Assembly (NCBI RefSeq): GCF_988243305.1
Contig: NZ_OZ547136.1
Length of the DNA: 64,000 nucleotides
Reading direction: 5' to 3' (one strand)
Positions 16,663 through 30,163 of this stretch are shown here, in pieces. The notes beneath the pieces were generated by a model. The model was not told the DNA's origin and made no database searches. It saw nothing but the letters and a program-made list of their open reading frames with translations. The stretch's first letter is position 1, and each line of letters starts with the position of its first letter. A program made the translations under genes and the position numbers.

Positions 16663-18327
16663 ATGGCAATACAACACCCTGACATCCAGCCTGCTGTTAA
16701 CCATAGCGTTCAGGTGGCGATCGCTGGTGCCGGTCCGGTCGGGCTGATGATGGCGAACTATCTCGGCCAGATGGGCATTGACGTGCTGGTGGTGGAGAAA
16801 CTCGATAAGTTGATCGACTACCCGCGTGCGATTGGTATTGATGACGAGGCGCTGCGCACCATGCAGTCGGTTGGCCTGGTCGATAATGTTCTGCCGCACA
16901 CTACGCCGTGGCACGCGATGCGTTTTCTCACCCCAAAAGGTCGCTGTTTTGCTGATATTCAGCCAATGACCGATGAATTTGGCTGGCCGCGCCGTAACGC
17001 CTTTATTCAGCCTCAGGTCGATGCGGTGATGCTGGAAGGATTGTCGCGTTTTCCGAATGTGCGCTGCCTGTTTTCCCGCGAGCTGGAGGCCTTCAGCCAG
17101 CAAGATGACGAAGTGACCTTGCACCTGAAAACGGCAGAAGGGCAGCGGGAAACGGTCAAAGCCCAGTGGCTGGTGGCCTGTGATGGTGGGGCAAGTTTTG
17201 TCCGTCGCACTCTGAATGTGCCGTTTGAAGGTAAAACTGCGCCAAATCAGTGGATTGTGGTAGATATCGCCAACGATCCGTTAAGTACGCCGCATATCTA
17301 TTTGTGTTGTGATCCGGTGCGCCCGTATGTTTCTGCCGCGCTGCCTCATGCGGTACGTCGCTTTGAATTTATGGTGATGCCGGGAGAAACCGAAGAACAG
17401 CTGCGTGAGCCGCAAAATATGCGCAAGCTGTTAAGCAAAGTGCTGCCTAATCCGGACAATGTTGAATTGATTCGCCAGCGTGTCTACACCCACAACGCGC
17501 GACTGGCGCAACGTTTTCGTATTGATCGCGTACTGCTGGCGGGCGATGCCGCGCACATCATGCCGGTATGGCAGGGGCAGGGCTATAACAGTGGTATGCG
17601 CGACGCCTTTAACCTCGCATGGAAACTGGCGTTGGTTATCCAGGGGAAAGCCCGCGATGCGCTGCTCGATACCTATCAACAAGAACGTCGCGATCACGCC
17701 AAAGCGATGATTGACCTGTCTGTGACGGCGGGCAACGTGCTGGCTCCGCCGAAACGCTGGCAGGGTACGTTACGTGACGGCGTTTCCTGGCTGTTGAATT
17801 ATCTGCCGCCAGTAAAACGCTACTTCCTCGAAATGCGCTTCAAGCCGATGCCGCAATATTACGGCGGTGCGCTGGTGCGTGAGGGCGAAGCGAAGCACTC
17901 TCCGGTCGGCAAGATGTTTATTCAGCCGAAAGTCACGCTGGAAAACGGCGACGTGACGCTGCTCGATAACGCGATCGGCGCGAACTTCGCGGTAATTGGC
18001 TGGGGATGCAATCCACTGTGGGGGATGAGCGACGAGCAAATCCAGCAGTGGCGCGCGTTGGGCACACGCTTCATTCAGGTGGTGCCGGAAGTGCAAATTC
18101 ATACCGCACAGGATAACCACGACGGCGTACTACGCGTGGGGGATACGCAAGGTCGCCTGCGTAGCTGGTTCGCGCAACACAATGCTTCGCTGGTGGTGAT
18201 GCGCCCGGATCGCTTTGTTGCCGCCACCGCCATTCCGCAAACCCTGGGCAAGACCCTGAATAAACTGGCGTCGGTGATGACGCTGACCCGCCCTGATGCC
18301 GACGTTTCTGTCGAAAAGGTAGCCTGA
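16663..18327 (+). CDS. mhpA: 3-(3-hydroxyphenyl)propionate hydroxylase (FAD monooxygenase)
   Basis: 554-aa ORF; FAD-binding GAGPVG motif. Confidence 0.95.
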   Translation: MAIQHPDIQPAVNHSVQVAIAGAGPVGLMMANYLGQMGIDVLVVEKLDKLIDYPRAIGIDDEALRTMQSVGLVDNVLPHTTPWHAMRFLTPKGRCFADIQPMTDEFGWPRRNAFIQPQVDAVMLEGLSRFPNVRCLFSRELEAFSQQDDEVTLHLKTAEGQRETVKAQWLVACDGGASFVRRTLNVPFEGKTAPNQWIVVDIANDPLSTPHIYLCCDPVRPYVSAALPHAVRRFEFMVMPGETEEQLREPQNMRKLLSKVLPNPDNVELIRQRVYTHNARLAQRFRIDRVLLAGDAAHIMPVWQGQGYNSGMRDAFNLAWKLALVIQGKARDALLDTYQQERRDHAKAMIDLSVTAGNVLAPPKRWQGTLRDGVSWLLNYLPPVKRYFLEMRFKPMPQYYGGALVREGEAKHSPVGKMFIQPKVTLENGDVTLLDNAIGANFAVIGWGCNPLWGMSDEQIQQWRALGTRFIQVVPEVQIHTAQDNHDGVLRVGDTQGRLRSWFAQHNASLVVMRPDRFVAATAIPQTLGKTLNKLASVMTLTRPDADVSVEKVA

Positions 18328-18328
18328 T

Positions 18329-19273
18329 ATGCACGCTTATCTTCACTGTCTTTCCCACTCGCCGCTGGTGGGGTATGTCGACCCGGCGCAAGAGGTGCTC
18401 GATGAGGTCAATGGCGTGATTGCCAGCGCCCGCGAGCGTATTGCGGCTTTCTCCCCTGAACTGGTGGTGCTGTTTGCGCCAGATCACTACAACGGCTTTT
18501 TCTATGACGTGATGCCACCGTTCTGTTTAGGCGTTGGGGCGACGGCAATTGGTGATTTCGGCAGTGCGGCAGGAGAGCTGCCCGTGCCTGTGGAGCTGGC
18601 GGAGGCCTGTGCGCATGTCGTCATGAAAAGCGGGATCGATCTTGCCGTTTCTTACTGTATGCAGGTGGACCACGGGTTCGCCCAGCCGCTGGAGTTCCTG
18701 CTCGGCGGGCTGGATAAGGTGCCAGTACTGCCGGTGTTCATCAACGGTGTCGCCACACCGCTGCCCGGTTTCCAGCGTACCCGCATGTTGGGGGAAGCCA
18801 TTGGACGTTTTACCAGCACTCTCAATAAACGCGTGCTGTTCCTTGGGTCCGGTGGGCTTTCCCATCAGCCGCCGGTGCCCGAACTGGCGAAAGCCGATGC
18901 CCATATGCGCGACCGTCTGTTGGGGAGCGGGAAAGATTTACCCGCCAGTGAGCGCGAATTGCGTCAGCAGCGGGTGATTAGCGCCGCTCAGAAGTTTGTT
19001 GAGGATCAGAGAACTCTGCATCCGCTCAACCCGATTTGGGATAACCAGTTCATGACTTTGCTGGAGCAGGGACGCATACAGGAACTGGATGCCGTCAGTA
19101 ACGAAGAGCTTTCCGCCATTGCCGGAAAGTCGACACATGAAATCAAAACCTGGGTCGCCGCTTTTGCCGCTATTTCTGCGTTTGGCAACTGGCGTAGCGA
19201 AGGGCGTTATTACCGCCCAATCCCGGAGTGGATTGCCGGATTTGGCTCGTTAAGCGCCAGAACAGAGAACTGA
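18329..19273 (+). CDS. mhpB: 2,3-dihydroxyphenylpropionate 1,2-dioxygenase (extradiol)
   Basis: 314-aa ORF matching MhpB. Confidence 0.95.
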   Translation: MHAYLHCLSHSPLVGYVDPAQEVLDEVNGVIASARERIAAFSPELVVLFAPDHYNGFFYDVMPPFCLGVGATAIGDFGSAAGELPVPVELAEACAHVVMKSGIDLAVSYCMQVDHGFAQPLEFLLGGLDKVPVLPVFINGVATPLPGFQRTRMLGEAIGRFTSTLNKRVLFLGSGGLSHQPPVPELAKADAHMRDRLLGSGKDLPASERELRQQRVISAAQKFVEDQRTLHPLNPIWDNQFMTLLEQGRIQELDAVSNEELSAIAGKSTHEIKTWVAAFAAISAFGNWRSEGRYYRPIPEWIAGFGSLSARTEN

Positions 19274-19290
19274 ATATGCAGGAGAAGATG

Positions 19291-20157
19291 ATGAGTTATC
19301 AGCCACAAACCGAAGCCGCCACCAGCCGTTTTCTGAATGTAGAAGAAGCGGGTAAAACGCTGCGCATCCATTTTAATGACTGCGGACAAGGCGACGAAAC
19401 TGTTGTCCTGCTGCATGGTTCCGGCCCGGGTGCTACTGGCTGGGCGAACTTCAGCCGCAATATCGATCCGCTGGTAGAGGCGGGCTATCGGGTGATCCTG
19501 CTGGATTGTCCGGGTTGGGGTAAGAGCGATTCGATCGTTAATAGTGGTTCGCGATCGGATCTTAATGCACGAATCCTGAAAAGCGTGGTGGATCAACTGG
19601 ATATCGCCAAAATCCACCTGCTGGGCAACTCGATGGGCGGCCACAGTTCTGTGGCGTTCACTCTTAACTGGCCGGAGCGCGTCGGCAAACTGGTGCTGAT
19701 GGGCGGCGGTACGGGCGGCATGAGTTTGTTTACGCCGATGCCAACCGAAGGTATTAAGCGACTGAATCAGCTTTATCGTCAGCCGACTATCGAAAACCTG
19801 AAGCTGATGATGGATATCTTCGTTTTTGATACCAGCGATTTGACCGACGCCCTGTTTGAAGCGCGCCTGAATAATATGCTGTCGCGCCGCGTTCACCTGG
19901 AAAACTTCGTTAAGAGCCTGGAAGCCAATCCGAAACAGTTCCCGGATTTTGGCCCACGTCTGGCGGAAATCAAAGCGCAAACCCTGATTGTCTGGGGGCG
20001 CAACGACCGCTTTGTGCCGATGGATGCGGGTCTGCGTCTGCTGTCCGGCATTGCCGGTTCTGAACTGCATATCTTCCGCGACTGTGGTCACTGGGCGCAG
20101 TGGGAACATGCCGACGCTTTCAATCAACTGGTGCTGAATTTCCTCGCACGCCCTTAA
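19291..20157 (+). CDS. mhpC: 2-hydroxy-6-ketonona-2,4-dienedioate hydrolase (alpha/beta hydrolase)
   Basis: ORF track 19228..20157; conserved start [14 protein letters not shown] gives 288 aa; GNSMGG nucleophile elbow. Confidence 0.9.
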   Translation: MSYQPQTEAATSRFLNVEEAGKTLRIHFNDCGQGDETVVLLHGSGPGATGWANFSRNIDPLVEAGYRVILLDCPGWGKSDSIVNSGSRSDLNARILKSVVDQLDIAKIHLLGNSMGGHSSVAFTLNWPERVGKLVLMGGGTGGMSLFTPMPTEGIKRLNQLYRQPTIENLKLMMDIFVFDTSDLTDALFEARLNNMLSRRVHLENFVKSLEANPKQFPDFGPRLAEIKAQTLIVWGRNDRFVPMDAGLRLLSGIAGSELHIFRDCGHWAQWEHADAFNQLVLNFLARP

Positions 20158-21919
<1,762 letters not shown>

Positions 21920-21923
<4 letters not shown>

Positions 21924-22933
21924 ACGGTAAAAAACTTTATATCTCGGACGTCACGTTGCGTGACGGTATGCACGCCATTCGTCATCAGTATTCGCTGGAA
22001 AACGTTCGCCAGATTGCCAAAGCACTGGATGATGCCCGCGTGGATTCGATTGAAGTGGCCCACGGCGACGGTTTGCAGGGTTCCAGCTTTAACTATGGTT
22101 TCGGCGCACATAGCGACCTTGAATGGATTGAAGCGGCGGCGGATGTGGTGAAGCACGCCAAAATCGCGACGTTGTTGCTGCCAGGAATCGGCACTATTCA
22201 CGATTTGAAAAATGCCTGGCAGGCTGGCGCGCGGGTGGTTCGTGTGGCAACGCACTGTACCGAAGCCGATGTTTCCGCCCAGCATATTCAGTATGCCCGC
22301 GAGCTCGGAATGGACACCGTTGGTTTTCTGATGATGAGCCATATGACCACGCCGGAGAATCTCGCAAAGCAGGCAAAGCTGATGGAAGGCTACGGTGCGA
22401 CCTGTATTTATGTGGTGGATTCTGGCGGTGCGATGAACATGAGCGATATCCGTGACCGTTTCCGCGCCCTGAAAGCAGTGCTGAAACCAGAAACGCAAAC
22501 CGGCATGCACGCTCACCATAACCTGAGTCTTGGCGTGGCGAACTCTATCGCGGCGGTGGAAGAGGGCTGCGACCGAATCGATGCCAGCCTCGCGGGAATG
22601 GGGGCGGGCGCAGGTAACGCGCCGCTGGAAGTGTTTATTGCCGCCGCGGATAAACTGGGTTGGCAGCATGGGACCGATCTCTATGCGTTAATGGATGCCG
22701 CTGACGACCTGGTGCGTCCGTTGCAGGATCGACCGGTACGAGTCGATCGCGAAACGCTGGCGCTGGGATACGCTGGTGTTTACTCGAGCTTACTGCGTCA
22801 CTGTGAAACGGCGGCGGCGCGTTATGGCTTAAGCGCGGTGGATATTCTCGTTGAGCTGGGCAAACGCCGGATGGTTGGCGGCCAGGAGGATATGATCGTC
22901 GACGTGGCGCTGGATCTGCGCAACAACAAATAA
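21920..22933 (+). CDS. mhpE: 4-hydroxy-2-oxovalerate aldolase
   Basis: 337-aa ORF. Confidence 0.95.
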
Positions 22934-22981
22934 TGATGACTGCCGAGAACGTGCATTTTGTATGCCCATCCCAGCACGACT

Positions 22982-23015
22982 GCCGGATGCGGCGTAAACG
23001 CCTTGTTCGGCCTAC
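22982..23015. repeat. REP element after mhpE (GCCGGATGCGGCGTAAACGCCTTGTTCGGCCTAC)
   Basis: Canonical REP palindrome. Confidence 0.6.
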
Positions 23016-23112
23016 ATTTTCTTCGCCTGTAGGCAGTCATTAAATGGTTCTGATTACGCGGCTGGCAATGTATCAGCCGCGATTCACCTGCACTCGCAAC
23101 GAGGTTCATCTT

Positions 23113-24324
23113 ATGTCGACTCGTCCCCCTTCATCATCTTCATCCCGCCTGATGCTGACCATCGGGCTTTGTTTTTTGGTCGCTCTGATGGAAGGACTGG
23201 ATCTTCAGGCGGCTGGCATTGCGGCGGGTGGCATCGCCCAGGCTTTCGCACTCGATAAAATGCAAATGGGCTGGATATTCAGCGCCGGAATACTCGGTTT
23301 GCTACCCGGCGCGCTGGGTGGCGGAATGCTGGCGGACCGTTATGGTCGTAAGCGTATTTTAATTAGCTCAGTTGCGCTGTTTGGTTTGTTCTCACTGGCA
23401 ACGGCGATTGCCTGGGATTTCCCTTCACTGGTCTTTGCGCGGCTGATGACCGGTGTCGGGCTGGGGGCGGCGTTGCCGAATCTTATCGCCCTGACGTCTG
23501 AAGCCGCAGGGCCACGTTTTCGTGGGACGGCAGTGAGCCTGATGTATTGCGGTGTTCCTATTGGCGCGGCGCTGGCGGCGACACTGGGTTTCGCGGGGGC
23601 AAACTTAGCATGGCAAACGGTGTTTTGGGTCGGTGGTGTGGTGCCGTTGATTCTGGTGCCGCTATTAATGCGCTGGCTGCCGGAGTCGGCGGTATTCGCT
23701 GGCGAAAAACAGGCCGCGCCTCCACTGCGTGCGTTATTTGCGCCAGAAACGGCAACCGCGACGCTGCTGCTGTGGTTGTGTTATTTCTTCACTCTGCTGG
23801 TGGTCTACATGTTGATCAACTGGCTGCCGCTGCTTTTGGTGGAGCAAGGATTCCAGCCATCGCAGGCGGCAGGGGTGATGTTTGCACTGCAAATGGGGGC
23901 GGCAAGCGGGACGTTAATGTTGGGCGCATTGATGGATAAGCTGCGTCCAGTAACCATGTCGCTACTGATTTATAGCGGCATGTTAGCTTCGCTGCTGGCG
24001 CTGGGAACAGTGTCGTCATTTAACGGTATGCTGCTGGCGGGATTCGTCGCGGGGTTGTTTGCGACAGGTGGGCAAAGCGTTTTGTATGCCCTGGCACCGT
24101 TGTTTTACAGTTCGCAGATCCGCGCAACAGGTGTGGGAACAGCCGTGGCGGTAGGGCGTCTGGGGGCTATGAGCGGTCCGTTACTGGCCGGGAAAATGCT
24201 GGCATTAGGCACTGGCACGGTCGGCGTAATGGCCGCTTCTGCACCGGGTATTCTTGTTGCTGGGTTGGCGGTGTTTATTTTGATGAGTCGGAGATCACGA
24301 ATGCAGCCGTGTGCCGATGCCTGA
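23113..24324 (+). CDS. mhpT: 3-hydroxyphenylpropionate MFS transporter
   Basis: ORF track 23044..24324; conserved start MSTRPPSSSSSRLMLTIG gives 403 aa. Confidence 0.9.
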   Translation: MSTRPPSSSSSRLMLTIGLCFLVALMEGLDLQAAGIAAGGIAQAFALDKMQMGWIFSAGILGLLPGALGGGMLADRYGRKRILISSVALFGLFSLATAIAWDFPSLVFARLMTGVGLGAALPNLIALTSEAAGPRFRGTAVSLMYCGVPIGAALAATLGFAGANLAWQTVFWVGGVVPLILVPLLMRWLPESAVFAGEKQAAPPLRALFAPETATATLLLWLCYFFTLLVVYMLINWLPLLLVEQGFQPSQAAGVMFALQMGAASGTLMLGALMDKLRPVTMSLLIYSGMLASLLALGTVSSFNGMLLAGFVAGLFATGGQSVLYALAPLFYSSQIRATGVGTAVAVGRLGAMSGPLLAGKMLALGTGTVGVMAASAPGILVAGLAVFILMSRRSRMQPCADA

Positions 24325-24425
24325 CGCGCCTTATTAAGCAGGGGCGAAAGGGACTTGCCCCCAATACACCCACGGCGTTTACAGGTATACTCGCTAAAAA
24401 TTATTCAGCGGGTTTGGAAACAAAG

Positions 24426-24965
24426 ATGGCAAAACTTACCTTACAAGAGCAGTTGCTCAAAGCAGGATTAGTCACCAGCAAAAAAGCGGCGAAGGTCGAG
24501 AGAACGGCGAAAAAATCGCGCGTTCAGGCGCGTGAAGCTCGGGCTGCGGTAGAAGAAAATAAAAAGGCACAGCTTGAGCGTGATAAACAGCTTAGCGAAC
24601 AGCAAAAACAAGCGGCGTTGGCGAAAGAATATAAAGCCCAGGTGAAGCAGCTCATTGAAATGAACCGAATCACCATTGCCAATGGCGATATTGGTTTTAA
24701 CTTCACTGACGGCAATCTGATTAAGAAGATTTTTGTCGATAAGCTCACACAAGCGCAGTTGATTAATGGTCGTCTGGCGATTGCCCGCTTGTTGGTCGAT
24801 AACAATAGCGAAGGTGAATACGCCATTATTCCCGCCAGCGTTGCCGATAAAATTGCTCAACGTGATGCCAGCAGTATTGTGTTGCACAGCGCGCTCAGCG
24901 CCGAAGAGCAGGATGAAGACGACCCGTATGCCGACTTCAAAGTGCCTGATGATTTGATGTGGTAA
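24426..24965 (+). CDS. yaiL: DUF2058 family protein YaiL
   Basis: ORF track 24309..24965; conserved start MAKLTLQEQLLKAG gives 179 aa. Confidence 0.85.
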   Translation: MAKLTLQEQLLKAGLVTSKKAAKVERTAKKSRVQAREARAAVEENKKAQLERDKQLSEQQKQAALAKEYKAQVKQLIEMNRITIANGDIGFNFTDGNLIKKIFVDKLTQAQLINGRLAIARLLVDNNSEGEYAIIPASVADKIAQRDASSIVLHSALSAEEQDEDDPYADFKVPDDLMW

Positions 24966-24988
24966 ACATAGATAAGTCGTGCGCAGAT

Positions 24989-25025
24989 GCCTGATGCGAC
25001 GCTTTGCGCGTCTTATCAGGCCTAT
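24989..25025. repeat. REP element (first of a pair) ending ATCAGGCCTAT
   Basis: GCCTGATGCGACGCTTTGCGCGTCTTATCAGGCCTAT. Confidence 0.65.
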
Positions 25026-25041
25026 GGTTTATGGGCGAAGT

Positions 25042-25076
25042 GTAGGCCGGATAAGGCGTTCACGCCGCATCCGGCA
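25042..25076. repeat. REP element (second of a pair, inverted relative to the first)
   Basis: GTAGGCCGGATAAGGCGTTCACGCCGCATCCGGCA. Confidence 0.65.
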
Positions 25077-25090
25077 GCCGTGCACTATTA

Positions 25091-25924
25091 TCAACGCATA
25101 TTCAGTTTATTGGCGTGGTAGGCAATATGCTCGCCAATAAAACTGGAGACAAAATAATAGCTGTGATCATAACCCTCGTGATAACGGATTAACGTCTTGA
25201 TATTCATCTCCTGGCAGATCTTTTCAAGATTTGGAGTCCGCAGCTGTTCTGCGTAAAAATCATCACTCAACCCCTGATCAACCATTATTTCCGCAATGCG
25301 TTGACCTTGTGAAATAAGACTCACCGGATCGTAATCCAACCAGGCTTCTTTATTTTCACCAAGATATGCGGTAAAGGCTTGCTGTCCCCACGGTACTTGC
25401 GATGGGGAGACAATGGGCGAAAACGCCGAGACGCTGACATATTCATCTGGATTACGTAACGCCAGCACCAGTGCACCCAGCCCGCCCATAGAATGACCTG
25501 AGATAGACTTTCTGGCCGTTGCCGGAAAATGTTGCATCACTAAATCCGGCAGCTCGTTGCGGATATAGTCATACATTTTGTAATGTTCATTCCACGGCGC
25601 TTGCGTTGCGTTCAGGTAAAACCCGGCACCTTGCCCGAGATCGTAACGGTCGGCATCTGCGACATGACTGCCTCGCGGACTGGTGTCTGGCGCAACAACA
25701 ATAATGTTGTGCTCAGCCGCGTAACGCTGCATCCCCGATTTAGTAATGAAATTCTGCTCGTTGCAAGTCAGCCCTGAAAGCCAGTACAACACCGGCAATT
25801 TTTCATTCGCGGCTTTTGGTGGGAGATAGACGCCGACATTCATTTCACATTTCAGTGATTGGGAATAATGCCGATACACATTTTGCCAGCCGCCAAAGCT
25901 GGCATGTTTTTCAATGAGTTCCAT
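25091..25924 (-). CDS. frmB: S-formylglutathione hydrolase
   Basis: 277-aa esterase D family ORF; GHSMGG motif. Confidence 0.95.
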   Translation of the reverse strand: MELIEKHASFGGWQNVYRHYSQSLKCEMNVGVYLPPKAANEKLPVLYWLSGLTCNEQNFITKSGMQRYAAEHNIIVVAPDTSPRGSHVADADRYDLGQGAGFYLNATQAPWNEHYKMYDYIRNELPDLVMQHFPATARKSISGHSMGGLGALVLALRNPDEYVSVSAFSPIVSPSQVPWGQQAFTAYLGENKEAWLDYDPVSLISQGQRIAEIMVDQGLSDDFYAEQLRTPNLEKICQEMNIKTLIRYHEGYDHSYYFVSSFIGEHIAYHANKLNMR

Positions 25925-26016
25925 CAGTCATTATCTCACGGTTAATCCCCCGGACGGCTGCCCGGGGAGAGTATTAAGAACCCCGTCTGAACTGGACGGG
26001 GTAAACCTGCGGGAAA

Positions 26017-27156
<1,140 letters not shown>

Positions 27157-27160
27157 TCAG

Positions 27161-27436
27161 CTATTTAAGATAGGCACGAACCAGTTCAATAGTGTCGTCA
27201 ACGGATTGGCTGACTTCGCGGCTGTAGCAGTCATTTCGGTCAAACGTTTCCCGGATATGGCTTTCAAGCACTTCTGCCATCAGCCCGTTAGCCGCGCCCC
27301 GAACGGCAGCGATCTGTTGGAGTATGGCACGGCATTCGGCATCACCCTCCAGCGACCGTTCCAGAGCATCAATCTGCCCCCGAATACGACGAACTCGAGT
27401 AAGGACCTTTTTCTTCTCTTCCGGAGTACTGGGCAT
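27161..27436 (-). CDS. frmR: Formaldehyde-responsive repressor (CsoR/RcnR family)
   Basis: ORF track 27161..27457; conserved start [21 protein letters not shown] gives 91 aa. Confidence 0.9.
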
Positions 27437-27460
27437 TTCGCACCTCATCATCTGCACGCA

Positions 27461-27513
27461 ATATACTATAGGGGGGTATGCTATATGTCAATGCATACCC
27501 CCCTATAGTATAT
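27461..27513. promoter_or_regulatory. frmRAB operator/promoter: perfect 21-bp inverted repeat (ATATACTATAGGGGGGTATGC / GCATACCCCCCTATAGTATAT) with 11-bp spacer
   Basis: Arms at 27461-27481 and 27493-27513 read directly, 25-77 bp upstream of the frmR start; G6/C6 tracts typical of CsoR/RcnR-family operators. Confidence 0.7.
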
Positions 27514-27623
27514 AACACTGGAGAATAAAATTTATCCGGTGAATGTGGTCGGAAAACAAAGAGGAAAGGGGGTGGGGCTAATCGGCAGGGAAGGCCGCCC
27601 CGGATAGCGGGCGGCAGAAGCAA

Positions 27624-28397
27624 TCAGAATTTCCAGGTCAGATGGGCTGCAAGTTGCAGACCGTTATAATCATCGGTTGGGGTGTCGTACCACACTTTAC
27701 CTGCCGTCAGCCCGAGATTAAGTTGCTCAGTCAGCGGTTGAATACGTTGCAAACTGACGCTCTTCATGCTGCCGTAGCGTGTTTCTGGCGTCCAGTCATA
27801 GGTGTAAGCACCTGTTCCGCGGCTTAGCCATAGTTGCGTATAACCAGTGCCGCGCGGGTCATTCAGACGCACGGAAATCATATTGCTGTAACTACCACCT
27901 GCATCGCTGGAGTCATAATGGGTATAGCGGTAGCTGGAGATCACCGGGCCAGTATAGAGTGATACGCCGCCTTGCCAGGCATCGACTTCGACATCATCGT
28001 AATATTTAGTGTAGCGATAACCGGTCGTGAAAAGCGTTTTTGGCAACAGTGCCAGGTTAATATCCTGACGAAAATCCTGGCGGGCAAAGACCGGCGTATT
28101 ATCCGCAAAGGCAATACCCGTTCGGGTTGTCAGCCAGTTATTCCATTTATACCAGACCGCACCCTGACCGCGAGTGGCATTGAAATGTTCAGTTTCATAA
28201 TCACGACGCCCCTGGGAAAGATTAAAAAGCAGCGTTGCGTTTTCAACTTTCGCCACCAGTTCAGCATACGCTAAATTACGGTTGCCATGATCGCCAGAAT
28301 AATCGGTAAAATCGTAGCCCGCGGTAATGGAAGTTAACCCGGCATAAGCGGGCAATGTGCTAAAAATTGCTGCCGCTAATAACGTCCGTTTTATCAT
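27624..28397 (-). CDS. yaiO: Outer membrane beta-barrel protein YaiO
   Basis: 257-aa ORF with signal peptide, ends in aromatic C-terminal residue. Confidence 0.9.
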   Translation of the reverse strand: MIKRTLLAAAIFSTLPAYAGLTSITAGYDFTDYSGDHGNRNLAYAELVAKVENATLLFNLSQGRRDYETEHFNATRGQGAVWYKWNNWLTTRTGIAFADNTPVFARQDFRQDINLALLPKTLFTTGYRYTKYYDDVEVDAWQGGVSLYTGPVISSYRYTHYDSSDAGGSYSNMISVRLNDPRGTGYTQLWLSRGTGAYTYDWTPETRYGSMKSVSLQRIQPLTEQLNLGLTAGKVWYDTPTDDYNGLQLAAHLTWKF

Positions 28398-28398
28398 T

Positions 28399-29109
28399 TT
28401 AATCTCCTGTACGGATAAGTTCTTGTCGGAGTGAATAAGTTCCGGGAGGTAAATTACGTTCTACAATCACGCGCGGGCCAAGTTGCGTGTTCGGGGAAAT
28501 AATTCGCCCAGGCAAAATAATAACTTGTACGCCAAGGCGTGAACGCTGCCCGATATAACAACCTAATTTATCGCATCCGGTAGCGATAATTCCCTCTGGA
28601 GTTCGAACAGACACGGGCTGTTGATCCAGACGATGATTACTGGTACGTACTTGTGCGCCCAAATATGCCTGGTTTGCAACTACCGAGTCGGCGATAAAGC
28701 ATTGCGGACCAATCGTTGCTTCCGCTTCAATAACCGCATTTTTAATTTCGGTGGCGAAACCAATTTTTACGCCATTGCTGATTATTGTGCCAGGACGAAT
28801 AAACGCATAATTACCTATCAGGCAGTTTGCGCCAATCACTACCGGACCCTGAATAACGGCACCGTGACAAATACGGGTATTCGCGCCGATAACAACTTCA
28901 CCTGCAGTTTCATCAATAATTACCTGGTCTGCAATCTGAATATTTTTCTCTTTAACATTAAGCTTCAGAAAGTTTTTCAGTTCCTGTGACAGAAGGTTGG
29001 GAATAAGAGGTTGACGCTTCCACCAGTGCGGAATAGCGGGTGGGTTTGTCGCGCTGAGGTTCGCGTCCAGTAAAAAAGGCAATAAGTCCATAAATAATCC
29101 AGATGGCAT
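28399..29109 (-). CDS. yaiX: Hexapeptide-repeat (LbH) acyltransferase, intact YaiX; start codon uncertain
   Basis: 236-aa ORF with repeated [LIV]GxxxxIG hexapeptide motifs; N-terminal ~150 nt overlap the 3' end of yaiP, so the true start may lie downstream. Confidence 0.7.
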   Translation of the reverse strand: MPSGLFMDLLPFLLDANLSATNPPAIPHWWKRQPLIPNLLSQELKNFLKLNVKEKNIQIADQVIIDETAGEVVIGANTRICHGAVIQGPVVIGANCLIGNYAFIRPGTIISNGVKIGFATEIKNAVIEAEATIGPQCFIADSVVANQAYLGAQVRTSNHRLDQQPVSVRTPEGIIATGCDKLGCYIGQRSRLGVQVIILPGRIISPNTQLGPRVIVERNLPPGTYSLRQELIRTGD

Positions 29110-30154
29110 AAGCTAATAATACATACACAACGGAAAGCGGTGCTAAAGGCACCAACAACCAGCAACGATGAAACCAGGCGCTAAAAGCACCAATAACACA
29201 AACTACGCCGACCCAGATAAGCGGAAACATTGCCAACACCACACCATACGGCCCGGTGGTGATGAATTCATTAAACCAGGTAGTGAGATAAATCCCAACG
29301 CCATAAAGCACAACCAACAGCATAGGAAATATACTGAAGATACCGAAGCGGCTAAATAAAAGCCTTTTATGCAGGCGCATACAGACCGCGTAGCCCACAA
29401 TCCAACGCCGCCAGCGACGCCATTCCTCACGCGGGCTGTTGCATTCCTGTGGGTATACGATGCAGCGATTCGCCTGCCGAATACGATAGCCGTTTGCCAC
29501 CAATGTCCAGGTGAGATCAAGGTCTTCGACTTTAGTACGATCAGAGAAACCGAACTTACGCAATACATCAGTACGGAACATCCCGCAGGCACCGCTGATA
29601 ATAAACGGTGCGCCGCCCAGGAGCTGCTGTAGCGTGCGCTTCATAACAATCATCGGCAACTTTACGGTCGCGCGGATGTGCGGTAACAGACCCGCGCCTT
29701 TCAACGCAGTAGAGGGAATGCCGCCTACGGCATCAGCACCGCGCTCTATTTCTGCAAGCATATAGCCCATTCCGTCTTGATCGGGCGGAACATAGGTGTC
29801 GGCATCACTTAAAAAAACCTGGTCGCAGGTGGCGTAATTGAGGCCATTCATCAGCGCACCACCTTTACCGGTATTTTTTTGCGTGACGGCAACAAAGCGG
29901 TCGCCCCATTTGCGTTTGACTTCCGCCATGACCGCTTCGGTATTGTCCGTGGAGCCGTCGTTTACGCAAATTACCCGGCAAAAATAAGGATTACGCAGCA
30001 GATTATCCAGTGACTGTGCCAGACACGGGCCTTCGTTATAAGCAGGTATAATGGCGTCAATACAGCCTTTCTTTTGACTGGGTTTACGTTTTAGCGTACT
30101 TAAAAACCATAGCAACATTGCTATGGACATACAGATAAATATCCAGGTTTTCAT
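28958..30154 (-). CDS. yaiP: Family 2 glycosyltransferase
   Basis: 398-aa ORF; GT-A fold motifs (DGSTD, DAD) and C-terminal transmembrane helices. Confidence 0.88.
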   Translation of the reverse strand: MKTWIFICMSIAMLLWFLSTLKRKPSQKKGCIDAIIPAYNEGPCLAQSLDNLLRNPYFCRVICVNDGSTDNTEAVMAEVKRKWGDRFVAVTQKNTGKGGALMNGLNYATCDQVFLSDADTYVPPDQDGMGYMLAEIERGADAVGGIPSTALKGAGLLPHIRATVKLPMIVMKRTLQQLLGGAPFIISGACGMFRTDVLRKFGFSDRTKVEDLDLTWTLVANGYRIRQANRCIVYPQECNSPREEWRRWRRWIVGYAVCMRLHKRLLFSRFGIFSIFPMLLVVLYGVGIYLTTWFNEFITTGPYGVVLAMFPLIWVGVVCVIGAFSAWFHRCWLLVPLAPLSVVYVLLAYAIWIIYGLIAFFTGREPQRDKPTRYSALVEASTSYSQPSVTGTEKLSEA

Positions 30155-30163
30155 GCAATTTGC

